From Octopus bimaculoides (lineage: Eukaryota): a stretch of DNA of 64,000 nt. Shown here piece after piece: positions 38,780 to 51,455 of this stretch. A program made the translations under genes and the position numbers. The notes beneath the pieces were generated by a model. It was not told the DNA's origin and made no database searches. It was given only the letters and a program-made list of their open reading frames with translations. Every line of letters starts with the position of its first letter. Position 1 is the stretch's first letter. Where the stretch lies: NCBI RefSeq assembly GCF_001194135.2, contig NC_068982.1, forward strand, positions 113,932,283 to 113,996,282, in the 5' to 3' direction.

Positions 38780-39719
38780 AGCATAGCTTATCATGAAATA
38801 TTCATGGTTACATTGGAGGAGGATATGGTACATTTCATTGATACCCAAGAGAGGATTCAATTCCTCGCTATTTATTTTAGCTGCTGGCAAAACCCAACAC
38901 TGAGCTGTTCTAAAAAAGTAATGTTTTAACAACTCTTTTAGTGTGTGTGTGTGTGTGTGTGTTATTTATATATATATCCAGCATGGCCATAGCCTTAGGG
39001 CTGAAACAAATGAAAGAATATATATAATTTATTTGTGTGAGTGAATATTCACTGTTTTAAGATAAAGTCTTGCACAACAGTCTAAGTATCTGCTCCATTC
39101 AACAGTATGTGTGTGTGGAGCCTTACTTTAAAAGAATAACCCATAAAATTTTAAAACCTTTATCATGAAGACAAATCCCAAACCTCATTATTTAGTGATG
39201 CTATAGCATTGGTAATAATACATGGCATTATGGTTTTAAACAAGATTTATTACTGATGATCATAACCAAAGACAAAATGCAACTCATACTTTATGTTCAA
39301 TTCAGTTTAGTTTCATTCTATACACACATAAGAAAAATGGGTAACATATTAATTTAAGTGATATTAAGTAGATTAACTCCTTCTCTCCTTCCTTAATGCT
39401 AATGTTACATACAACATACTTCATTCAATAAAAACCTTCTCACACACACATACGTTGTTGTTGTTGTTGTTTAGTTCTAGATCAGCACTGACTGAACAAG
39501 CTTATAATCAAAAGATTCTAACCATTGCCCTCCCATCTTTTCATCTCAAGAACAGAGTATCTTTCATTTCATTATCCATTGCCATATGTTATTTTAAGGT
39601 AGTGGTGCCCGAGTTGAGAAAGGTCGAGTGACTGCATAGAAGTTCCTTTCATTGGTTCATATAAGCACAGTTTGCTGATGAGTCAGAACTGTTCTATTGA
39701 TGTTGACATTAAATGAAAA

Positions 39720-40085
39720 TATATCAGTATACACACTGGAAACAGCCTTAGATTAAAAATACTAGTCTGCAGAACCATTTATAATGTGTATACAAACATA
39801 GACTCCACTACCTGTAATACTTTTTCTCAGAGAAACTTTTCAAAGAGACTTTTGTGTTAAAAACACAAGACATCACCCAGAGTGTTGGTGGACTGTCAGA
39901 CATCACATCTCCACCTGATTTAGCTTCTTCGGTTACAAGACACATTGACAATTACATGTCATTGACAGAGCTTGCTAAGTGTGTCCACCATTGAACGTTT
40001 CTGTTCTTAGAAATCTTAAAGAGATTTTACTGCAAAAGAAGACAATGCAGATGTTATTGACTTACATATATTATTAACATTGCTA
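39720..40085 (+). mobile_element. Decayed mariner-like remnant
   Basis: SPPDLASS resembles the YSPDLAPSD motif; otherwise heavily degenerate. Confidence 0.35.
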
Positions 40086-40359
40086 TCAGAATTATAAATT
40101 ACTATACAACATGATATCACATTTTGCTTCATTCTTTCTCATTGTAATCTTTAAATGTGATTCGGGAATTGGCAGAATCAGCAAAGCGGTATTTTTTTTC
40201 TGGCACTTCATGTTCTGGGTTCAAATTCTGTCAAGGTATCTTTTCCAACAGTTTAATCTGTTGTGCTGGTATAAAATATTAATAGTAATACTGAGGTTAG
40301 TGGTGTCAACTAGCCCCTCCCTTCAAAAATTATTGGCCTTGTGTCTAAATTAGAAATCA

Positions 40360-40429
<70 letters not shown>

Positions 40430-40439
40430 TCATATATGC

Positions 40440-40740
40440 ACAACAAATTAAGTTGTTGGAAAAAAAAATTCTTAATATCAAATTACATCAAGTAACCTTA
40501 ATGCCAAGAACCTTACTAAATATCCTAGCTATCCCTAATAATACTGTTTTCTGGAGCTGCACTAAACTAGGTTTTATGCCTATTTCCTCTATCCATCTGT
40601 TCAGATCTTTAGGGTTAGTTCCCAATGCACCTATAACTACAGGGATACATTTTACTCACACTTTCCATAGCCTCTGCAATGGCTAGGTCTTGGTATTTTG
40701 CTATTTTCTCTATACTTCCCATATTGAGTTTCTCATTAAG
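40440..40740 (-). mobile_element. R4/Dong-clade C-terminal fragment
   Basis: EKIAKYQDLAI..LQRLWKV*VKCIPVVIGALGTNPKDL..LQKTVLLGIARIFSKVL*. Confidence 0.85.
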
Positions 40741-40789
40741 ATTAAGTCTCATATTGACTTCCAATCAGTTAAGATTATTATTATTATTA

Positions 40790-41150
40790 TTTTATGTTTG
40801 ACTTTTGTTTTGCATTTGTACAAGTTGGATCCAAGTCTCACCCAGAGACCTCAAGAGACAACAAGTTAGAAGTTCATGTAGGTGTTATGCCTAGGGTACC
40901 ATATATTTGGATTTCTACAGTTTTGTTGTAATGAATGTTTAAGAAACCATAAGAAAATTATGTATTTGCTTTAAAATTTGAGATCACATAGACAGTATTT
41001 TACGTAGGATATGGGCAGTTCCCATGAGCACTATCTTTTGAACTTCAGCCATTTTGGGGTTTCCTGGTATCTGAGCTAGGTAGTAATCAGCCTGTTTCGC
41101 TGTCATTCCCAGAGCACCTATGACAATAGGTATTGTTTTCGTCCATCATC
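40790..41150 (-). mobile_element. R4/Dong-clade 3' end with 3' UTR and (AAT)n tail
   Basis: KTIPIVIGALGMTAKQADYYLAQIPGNPKMAEVQKIVLMGTAHILRKILSM*, followed by (AAT)n. Confidence 0.85.
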
Positions 41151-41156
41151 ATTTTT

Positions 41157-41618
41157 GAGTGAGAGAGCAGTACATACCATCAAAGTGACACTAGAGTAAA
41201 ATATATGAAGCCAAGTATACCTGCACATGACCTTGCAGGTGGGGTCCAGTTAGGATTTTCTCTTCAGGTCGAGTAGCCCATCCCGCTCAAAAGTCCCTGA
41301 ATAAGGGTTGTTTAAAGATGTTGAACAAAACACCTATATTTCCAAAGGTGAGTTATCCAAACTCCAAAGAACTCCTGTCAACACATGGCTATGATGCTCC
41401 TCAACTACTTCTGCTCATGATCAGAGAGGCACATATCATCAGTCACTAAGGGACATGCACAATTATTTAAGGTCAAACAACTGACAAGTAAATCTGTGGT
41501 ATTGAGCAGAATATTTGCTGTAGCCCATCTCTTATACCAAGACAAAACAATGTACAGTTAAGATCAGCTAAGATCAGAAGCCAATGAGAGGCACTGCCTG
41601 GCACTTCATCTGGGCATT
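41157..41618. mobile_element. Non-coding ~550-bp element with fixed ends (family C), copy with internal deletion
   Basis: Same GAGTGAGAGAGCAG start and GGGCATTT end as 43177-43723. Confidence 0.8.
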
Positions 41619-41622
41619 TATT

Positions 41623-41702
<80 letters not shown>

Positions 41703-41704
41703 CA

Positions 41705-42821
41705 TTAAGGTAGTGAGCTGGCAGAATAATTACCTTGCTGGGCAAAATGCTCAGCGGCATTTCATCTGTCTTCACATTCTGAGTTCAAATTCCGCCGAGC
41801 TCAACTTTGCCTTTCATCCTTTTGGGGGTCAATAAATTAAGTACCAGTTACAAACTGGGGTCGATGTAATCGACTTATCCCCTCCCCTAAATGTTCAGGC
41901 CTTGTGCTTACAGTAGAAAGGATTGTCATTATTATTATTATTATTATTATTCCTTGTATTTTTTTACATCCATTTACAAGCTAAGGTGAAATCCCATGGA
42001 TATTAACTTTGCTTTTCATTCTTCTGGGGTTGATAAGATAAAATAAATAAACAGCCCAGTACTGGAATTGATATAACCGACTGTTCTCATTTCCAAAATC
42101 CCTGACCTTACACCTATTTCAGAAACAAGTATTATTATAATTGAAGGTAGCTGAGTGGTCGAAGATGTTATGTATCTCAGCCTGAGACAAGTTTCATCTT
42201 TTATAACTTTATTTATTTTATTTTATTTTTAGTTTGTACTTTTTTTTTCCAGTGTACATAGTTACAATATTTACTAAACCTGGCCAATCTGAGACAATGT
42301 AATAAATGCTCTCTTTCCTATTCAGAAACATTTTACTGTTGCTACTGGTTACTTACATTCATGATATTCTGGATTTTGTTCTTTATTCAGGCAACCATCA
42401 TAACTATCAAGAATATTTATGGAATTATTATCATTATTATTACAACAAAGCCAAAATCATTAGCACAGCAGATAAGATGCTTAGTGGCATTTCATACATC
42501 TTTATATTCAGAGTTCAAATTCTGCCAAGGTCAACTTTGCCTTTCATCCTTTTTGGGTTGCTGAAACAAGTACCAGTTGAGCCCTGGGATTCATGCAATC
42601 AACTGTCCCACCTTCCCCTAAATTTCAGACCTTGTGCCTATATTAGAAATGATTATTAATGTATGGTTCCAAATCTCATTGAAGTCAGATTTGCATTTTA
42701 TTTGTTCTGGGGTTGGTAAAATGAAGTATCTATCAAGTACTGGAATCATTGGCATCAATAAGCCCTTCCCTTAAAATTGCTTTGTGCTTTAATCAGAAAC
42801 CATTATCATTATTATTATTAC

Positions 42822-42866
<45 letters not shown>

Positions 42867-43125
42867 GGCAGTGAGCTGGTAGAATCATTAATATGCCGGG
42901 CGAAATGCTTAGCAGTATTTCGTCTGCCACAACATTCCAAGTTTAAATTCTGCCAAGATCACTTTTGCCTTTCATCCTTTTAGAGTCAATTCTTTTTATT
43001 CTCGGTTCAAATCCCACCAGGATCAGTTATGCTTTTATCATTCTGGGGTCAATGAATAAAGTATATGACATTTATAGCAGTAGGGAAGGCAATTTATCAC
43101 TTTTGCACCTGTCTTAGAGACTATG

Positions 43126-43176
<51 letters not shown>

Positions 43177-43950
43177 GAGTGAGAGAGCAGTGCATGCCAT
43201 CAAAGTGACACTGGGGTAAAATATACGAAGCCCAGTATACCCATCATGACTACCCGTCAGATAAGGGTACACCAGGCACATGCATCACAACCGTATGTGC
43301 GCAACATGGTGATCTCATATCAAGATAAACAGCGCATGACCTCGCAGGTGGGGCCCAGTTAGAATTTTCTTCAGGTCAAGTAGCCCATTCTGCTCAAAAG
43401 GTCCCTGAATCAGGTTTGTTTAAGGATGTTGAGCAAAACACCCCCATGTTTCCAAAGGTGAATTATTCAAACCCCAAAGACTACCTCTCAACACATGGCT
43501 ATGATGCTCCCCCACTTCTGCTCATGATCAGAGATGCACATAACGTCAGCCACCAAGGGACATGCTCAACTGGTTAAGGTCAAACAACTGACAAGCAAAT
43601 CTGTGGTATTGAGCAGAATATTTGCTGTAGCCCATCTTTTATATCAAGACAAAACAATGTACATGATAACACTTCCAATTAGTTAAAATCAGAAGCCAAT
43701 GCCTGGTTTTGCATTTGGGCATTTATTATTATTATTATTATTATTAAGGTGGTGATTTGGTAAGATCATTAGCACACTGGGTGAAATGCTGAGTAGTATT
43801 TCATTTATGATTACGTTCTGATTCAAATTGTGTTGAGGCCGACTTTGCCTTTCATCTTTTCAGGGTCAATAAAATAACTACTGGTTGAACACGGGTGTGT
43901 ATAATCGACTTATCCCGTCCCCCGATATTGCTGGCCTTGTGCCAAAAATT
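41705..43950 (+). mobile_element. Family-B SINE cluster (about 41705, 42445, 42865, 43745)
   Basis: Recurrent AAGG(T/C)(A/G)GTGAGCTGG..GCCTTTCATC..AAGTACCAG in (ATT)n context. Confidence 0.8.
43177..43723. mobile_element. Family C element, near full-length, flanked by (ATT)n on both sides
   Basis: Collinear with 41157-41618; no ORF and no recognisable pol III boxes. Confidence 0.8.
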
Positions 43951-45349
43951 ATTATTTTCATTATTATCATTATTATTATAGGTATTTACATACAAAGAAG
44001 TAGGAATTTATGATCAAATATAAGGAAAATACTGGCCTTTTAAAAAAAATATTCATTATTTTTTTATTGCTCCTATGTCTCGTTTTTGACAGATGTTGCT
44101 GAGGATTTTATTCGTGTTTTAAAACACTAACAGACAATCATGTAGTAAATGAACTGAAAACAACAAATCAACATCATAAAAAATAGCATATATTACCATA
44201 GAGATAGACATACATTATTCCTTAAAGGTGATGTAAAGTCAGTGTAAGCTGAGAATTACAGGTATCACTAAGAATGGAATGATAAAAATACAAGAATAAT
44301 TATGAAAGCTGACAGAAATTTACAACCTGTAAAGCTAATTTATTTCTGCAGAAATATTCAAACTTTTAAGGAGTATGCCAAAAAGAAAACTAACTACTTT
44401 TGTTACTTCAGAACTGCAGAAATCTGATATCATCCTTGCTACACCATGTGAGATATATCTCCGTGGTGAACTGTCAGAAATTAAAGTTGTATATGTGTAC
44501 TTCTGGTGGGGTAAAAGCCAAAGAATAAGATGTTTGCCAGTTAAGATTCACTTATGATCAAAGGTAGAGCAGCTGCCAAAGAGACTCTCTCAGTGGATAA
44601 ATTAGGACTATGTAATTGGTAACTGAGATGCCTATAATATATGTTATTTTTATTAGATTTCATTCTGAAAATATAGACCCACCCTGTTAGGACTGAGGGT
44701 TTACATGTAGTTTCAAACCACAATTGAAAGAGTGAAGTATTATTAAAAAGTTGCTATAAGGCACTATAGAACATATCTATATGTTATAACATATATTTGT
44801 GTTGCGACAATTGTAAACAATATGTTTATATAATATGCACATGGATAGAAAAAGTGGGAACAGTTGAATGTGTGTTTTGATTCTTGTTGAGATGCTCATG
44901 AGCATTCCCTCTAACTATCTACAAACATACTTCTTATAAACCTACTAATATTAGAGATTAAGGTAAACTGGACAAATTTGCATATTTATCATTTTTCTTG
45001 GCAGCTAGGTCAAATAGTAAATTACTGGTGTGTTAAGTGCTATATTTCATTGCTGTAATCATCATAATATAGCGTCTATTTTCTATGGGTTGAAAGGCTT
45101 CACAAGATCCAAGTTGTCTGGGAATTGCATGGAGCTCCAGTGTCTGATGTGGCGTGGTTTCTACTGTTGTATGCCCCTCCAAATGCCAACCATTTTGTGA
45201 CATTCATTGAGAACTTCTTCATGTCACTGGTACTAGTGAGGTCTCAAAGTTGCTTGCTTGAGCCCTTGATTGAGAGCAGGGGGATAAAGTATTGAGAGAG
45301 AGATGCTTATACATTATAGTTATGTACTACAGAATATGCCTATAGATAT

Positions 45350-45730
45350 AATAGCCAACATTGTCTCACAACAAATGTAAATGATACATCTATACAATAT
45401 GCTCATGGACAGAAAAAGAAGAAACAGTTGAAATCACTTTTCAGCCCTTATTGGAATTCTAGTCAACAACTGTTGACTTCTCTAATTATCCATGAACACA
45501 ACTGCTTTGAAACCCATTAATATTTGAGTTTAAAGTGAAAATGGATAAATGAATTTGCAATTTTCTTTATTTAGTTTATAAGCTGTGTGTTTGTCGGTAG
45601 TGAGTGGGAATACACGATTGCTGATAAAGATTCCAACAGAAATCAAAAGTTTCATTTAAATTTTGTCTTTTTCTGTCCAAGAGCAAATTGTATAGAACTA
45701 TTGTTTACAGTTGTCAAAACATGGTATATT
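45350..45730. mobile_element. MITE-like element with ~60-bp imperfect terminal inverted repeats
   Basis: TATACAATATGCTCATGGACAGAAAAAGA (left) versus TCTTTTTCTGTCCAAGAGCAAATTGTATA (right); a further partial end at about 44790-44900. Confidence 0.55.
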
Positions 45731-48700
45731 CATTTAAATCAATAAATATACTCTATAGTACATTATAGTAATGAAACAAGATACTGTTAATAGTAGCTGA
45801 TGCCAGTGCTGCCTGACCGGCATCCATGCTGGTGGCACATAAAATGCACCATTCAAGCGTGGCCATTGTCAGTGCTGCCTGACTGGCACATCAAAAGCAC
45901 CCACCACACTCTTGGAGTGGTTAGCATTTGGAAGGGCATCCAGCTGTAGAAACCTTACCAAATCAGATTGGGGCCTGGTGCAGCCTCCCAGCTTACCAGT
46001 TCTCAGTCAAACCATCCAGCTCATGCAAGCATGGAAAGCAGACATTAAACGATTATAATGATGATGATGATAACAATATCAATAATTTAATGTTTGATCT
46101 GGCTGCTAAGAAAATGATATCTATCCAGTTTAATTTTGCCCCTAATGCTAGAAGGTTCATGAGCAATGAGTTCGTGGCTAGTTTGAGGAGGTGAAGAACT
46201 GCTGATGAGTATTGCAACAAAAATCAAAGTGCATATTCAACTATTCCCTCTTTTTCTCTCCATAAGCATGTTGTAAGATGCATTGTTTACATTTTCCATA
46301 AGATAGTGCTGGCTCTAAAAAATCAGTTGATATGTTCAGTACTAAATTATAACAGAATATTATTAACACCTCATTAATTGAAAATTATTGTCCCCAGAGA
46401 TTTTAGATTTTAATATTTCTTATACTTAAGGTGGCAAGCTGGTAGAATTGCTAGCACATTGGGGAAAATGCTTTATGTTTTGAGTTCAAATTCCACTGAG
46501 GTCGACTTTACTTTTCATCCTTTTGGTGCTGTTGATAAAATAAGTAACAGTTAAACTCTGGAGTCAATGTAATTGACTTACCTCGCTCCTAAGATTGCTG
46601 CTTTGTGCCAGAATTTGAAACCAATATTTACTATACTGAACAGAATGCAATTTCTTTTAACAAGATATATGACATGTTTTACAATGAAGCAGCATAGCTG
46701 CATTAATCCCAGGGGAATGGAAAGCAAAATTAAATCGACTATAAAAGGATTTGCAACAAAAGTCCAGAATTAAATACCGTAAAGTTAAGCTACACTTAGT
46801 CCAATGGTTTCATTATTACTAATTCAATAAGTCAAACAGAAAAGCTTTTAAAAAAGCTTCTGAGAAACAAACATGCAAAATACAAGATAATAGTTGATTT
46901 CATGACATTGTGTCTATCAAAACTATGAATATTCAAGAAAATTGCATGATAACTGTGGTTTAGTAGGAAAATGCATGTCACCTGACACCTAAATAAAACT
47001 ATCAGAAAACACTGATATGATGACCTAGTATTTTATTGGTTTAGGTGAGATAAGAGAGTGGAATTTTCAACACATAAACATTTGATCAGGCTATTTCTTG
47101 ACTGCACAGTACAAACATAGAACTTACAGAAACCACTCAGTACTATAAAAATTACGCAATGGAATACCAAACTGTCAAATGAGCAAATTTAATGATAGTT
47201 ATGAATTCTAACTGGAGAAAGCTAAAAGAAACCTGAATTGTGAAACTAGTATGTTGATGATGCGATTATACGTATTTTACCTGTCAGAGTTGTCAGACAC
47301 ATTCATTGCATAGTTGTAGCATTTGCAAGAATCTCTCAGAGCTAGATATGATAATGGTCAAATATGTTGCTTCCAAAACACTTGTTTAGAATTGCTGAGT
47401 ATTATTAACACATTAAAATAGATTGTTATTAGGTTGCCACCCTCAGTTTCTGAGAATATCTACTTCAGTCTCTTCCCTACATCCACAATGTTTATTAGTT
47501 TTATTGTTGTTAAGTTATTGGTTAGACTTGATTGAGCAGAATTAAAATCAAATACTCTCCCTTCTCTTTTTTTTTTTTTTTTTTTTTTTTTGAGTCGTAG
47601 TCTTTCTAGGACTAAAGTGTCCAATGTATCTTTGCATTTTTAAAAAATAGTAGAGTGTAATTTGAGGGAGTTGTGGTTGCTTTTACTAGTTGGCTTCCTA
47701 GAATGTTGTCAATAAAGAACTAGTAAAAAACACTTTCTCGTGGGCAGCTGAGACTCATGATAAATGAGAAACATCTTCATGAATATTGTAACATAAACAT
47801 GTCAAGATGCACTTTAACTATTTTTCATTTCTCTAATAGTTTCGTTTCAATTATTCAGTAAGTAACTTTTTAATATAATGGCTGTCTAAAAGTAATTACT
47901 TCTTTTCTCATATCTTTTCACTTATCTTAGCAAAAATTACTTATATGATCATAGTCTAATTACATTTTATAAATTATTTGACAACTTTTGACAGAATATA
48001 TTTACTAGATATATTTTAAATTTTTGTAAAAACCAAAACACTATAATTTTTTTTTTTTCTGATAAACACTCAAAGATCACCTTTTCTCCACAAAATTCCA
48101 TCAAACTAACTTAAATTAAGCTTAACCAAATTGGCAGCCTGTAGCAGCATTGGTGTTTAGATGAAACTTTCATTTGGATCTGCTCATTATGATTTAATAT
48201 ACTAGACTAGGCATAGCTGTGTGGTTGTGGAATTCACTTCATAACTACTGTATTGTACCTTAGATATGCATCTCCTACTATAGCCACAAACTGACCAATG
48301 TTGGGTGAGTGAGTGAAATTGTTAGATGGAAACACATATACATTGTGATGACCAGTGGTATAAGAAATCCCTTACTTGGAAGTCAAATATGAATTCATAA
48401 AATACTGCCTTAATAAGCTTACATCCAACTCATGCCAGCATTGGAAAAGCAGACATAACAATAAATGAACAAATATTAGGTCACTTTAAAAGCTACAAAC
48501 ACCACATATTCTTCAACATTTTACATCTAATTTAATTAGTTTAGATTCCTTTTAGGTTTTTGCTACTAAGATAGCTGATATGCTTTCTAGTTTGCATATT
48601 TCCAGTGATGGTGGTTTGTTCTTCATATAGTGATAAAGAATATATTTAAATGCTTCATGTTAAACATCAAAACATCTAGTGTTAAGAAATAGAGTATAAG

Positions 48701-48752
48701 ATTTCAGTCTAATATGGTCAGGAATTTAAACGTTACTATAGCAGTCATTCTG

Positions 48753-48981
48753 TTAACTCTTTAGCATTCAGATTACTCTCTCAAATGCAATGCTTACTCA
48801 TTCACTTTGTTTTGAATTAATCCTGCATTATCTTGTAGCTCTGAGGCTTCAATGGTGCAATTATTTATTTTTAAAATGTCATTGTAGAGTAGGTGTGAGA
48901 AGTTAGATCTGGCTGGTTTAAACATTAAATAGACAGAATATTTGGGCTGGATATGGCTGATTTTAAATACTAGAGGGTTAA
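48753..48981. mobile_element. piggyBac-type MITE (~229 bp)
   Basis: TTAA-CTCTTTAGCATT ... AATACTAGAGGG-TTAA; homologous to 5784-6011. Confidence 0.75.
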
Positions 48982-50360
48982 GCCATTGTGCCAGGTACTT
49001 AAATAATTTCTTTAGTTAGCCTGACTGATATATAGATTCCATTCCTAATCCACAGTTGAGTAGTTAGTGACAAGTATCCTTTGAAAACAGTGTTCATGAG
49101 AACCACCCCATCTATATACTCTCTTAGAAATATCAGCATCATAATTTTTGTATAGACTTTTTCTATACTGGCATGGGTTGAAACAATATTCTACTGCTGG
49201 AAGCCCTTCTTGTCATTGACCCTTATTGGAGAATCTAATCCTTCAAATATTATGGTTTACTCAAGAACTGCTTTAAATCAAAAGACTCTTGACTTTAGAA
49301 TTACAGACTTATATGATTTTAAAAGGAGTTACTTTATCCAATTCATTTGGAAAGGTTTATTTTTCACATTATTTCATTCAATTCTTCATTGACAAGTCAT
49401 ATAGCATATTGACATTTTTATTTTTCGCTAAATTGAGGTTTCAAATATTCTTGACATAATTATCAAACTAAATTAATTTTTTAATAAAATCAATTATGTT
49501 AAAATAAATTTATTTTATCGTCTATAATCTGACCTATGTATCAAATAAAAGAGATTGTTTATTTGTTATACCATTTCTATTTTTCGCAATTCATTCTTTA
49601 AATTGGTTCAAAAGTCTGTATAATCTGTTTATTTATTTTTTATTTTGTACATTTGTTCCAGAAATTTCGTTAAGACTAATTAGATAAATTTAAAAGTCAT
49701 AAACATTGAAATAATATTTTATATTCAATTGTTTTATGAAATAATCATTACTTTGGTAAAAAAAAAAAAAACAGATTAATAATCATTTTGATTAATTCGT
49801 TTTGGTTGTCAAATAAATACATGACTATATGTATAAAACCAGATAAACATCGCTTTCATACACAGTTGCCGACTAATACTTGATTATGAATATATTCTGT
49901 GTATTCATACAGACTGATTCATACTTGTTCATGTGTTGTTTTTGCGTGCATTGATGCAGATATCATTATTTAAAGATTACATGGAGAAAGTATATGAACA
50001 GTATATGAAATAATTGCTGATATATTATTGACCACCTTAGAGTGAAAGTTAACTCAAAGAAAACCAAATTTACGAGTCTAAATTCACTACACATGTGAAC
50101 CGTTTCCATAGAAGAGCATTATCAGAGACAGTAAAGTGTTACATTTAGCTGGGTCTTTTGACATCATGAGTTCAAATCTCACTGAGATTGGTTTTACTTT
50201 TTGCTCTTGCAAGGACTATAACATAATTAATAATCATATAACAAGGTCAGTTTACATAACTATACTCTTTTCATACAAGAGTGCAATCCTGGCTTAATGT
50301 TCCACATTAATATAAGCATATTTCACATTATGAAAGCATTACATTCCTGAAAATTTTACT

Positions 50361-50434
50361 CTATCATAGAATTCTATGAAGCAAAACCTATTTTCCTTTT
50401 GAAATAGGTTTTGCTTCATGAAATTCCATGCTGG
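50361..50434. ncRNA. Pre-miRNA-like hairpin
   Basis: Perfect 18-bp stem (50376-50393 with 50402-50419), 8-nt loop, extendable with G-U pairs and mismatches to about 33 bp. Confidence 0.35.
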
Positions 50435-50821
50435 TGCAAGATTTTCAGTAACGTAATGCTTCCATAATGCAGAAATTCTTATATTAATATTTGGAAGGGA
50501 TATATTAATCAACCCTAACATGAGAGAGACATTTTTAATTTTGTAATGCAATCCTTTCAAAATAAGAACACATTGGGGCTATTTCAATAACCGAGACATC
50601 AAAGTCCAACTCAATTCTTTATAGTATTTAATAATGTCCGTCTTTATTTGGTTTTCAAATTTTACTGTGCTCCACATTGTCCTCTGTACTTCAGGAGTTG
50701 ATAAAGTAGGTACCAAAGATCAGGTTTATAATACTGAAATATACGGCTGAACATAAAAGAAGTAAATTTATGCAAAAACTGTTACCAAACTAGTGTTATC
50801 ACCATGGCATACACAGAAATA

Positions 50822-50932
50822 TATTATAATTAGGGGTCAGCTAATTGCTTCACCACATACCGAATTTAGAAATAGGAGTTAAAAATTCCTTTTCTACTAC
50901 TGTAAGCAATTAGCAGACCCCTAATTATAATA
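50822..50932. mobile_element. ~110-bp hairpin/MITE-like element
   Basis: 29-bp arms (50822-50850 with 50904-50932, 1 mismatch) and an inner AGAAATAGGA..TCCTTTTCT inverted repeat. Confidence 0.6.
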
Positions 50933-51077
50933 ATGTTTATAATTATAGAATATTTGTATAAAAATATATATATATGTATAAATATGAAATTACATACACA
51001 CATATGTATATATGTATATATAACTTCATCTTCATATAGAAAAATGCTTACACTTATCTTAGAAGCTATATAATTAA

Positions 51078-51109
<32 letters not shown>

Positions 51110-51320
51110 ACATATTTTTATTTATTTTTATTTATGTGTTTCAGCCAAGTGGCTGCGGTCATGCTGGTGCACCACCGTAGATTTTATGAATGAAGATTTC
51201 TATATTTTTATAACATCTCATATCTTTTACCCTTTTTTACCTTTATTTGCCTTTATTTTTACACGCCTATTAGAGTAACCTCCCTTTATTCAACGGTTTT
51301 GTTTTTCATAGCGTTTATCT

Positions 51321-51383
51321 TAATAACCGATGCGGATACGTAGTAGCTTTTAGCTCTGGTATCTGAAACTCCGAGTATTATTA
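51321..51383 (+). ncRNA. Hammerhead-fold RNA with variant core (CCGAUGC), in a probable PLE terminal repeat
   Basis: TAATAA-CCGATGC-GGATAC..GTATCT-GAAA-CTCCGAG-TA-TTATTA. Helices I and II pair fully; helix III is a quasi-palindrome; GUA site. Confidence 0.6.
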
Positions 51384-51412
51384 TGACAACTAGCTGATTG
51401 TCCTATATTAAA

Positions 51413-51455
<43 letters not shown>

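Larger units (their letters stand above)
49400..50950. promoter_or_regulatory. CpG-retaining AT-rich unique region, possible promoter/unmethylated zone
   Basis: By-eye count of about 15 CpGs in about 1.5 kb, versus about 4 in the preceding 2 kb. Nearby repeats at 51250-52860 also keep their CpGs. Confidence 0.35.

Noticed and set aside
39675-39725. CTGATGAGTC..GAC resembling a canonical hammerhead
   Set aside because: GAAA is displaced by 7 nt, and helices I and III do not form.
43177-43723. HDV-like ribozyme in family C
   Set aside because: A possible P1 pairing (CCCTGA/TCAGGG) has no P3/L3 hairpin or J4/2 context.
47128-47171. Minus-strand 44-nt exon candidate (FGIPLRNFYSTEWF)
   Set aside because: Good donor, but several competing acceptors and no phase-compatible neighbour; left uncalled.
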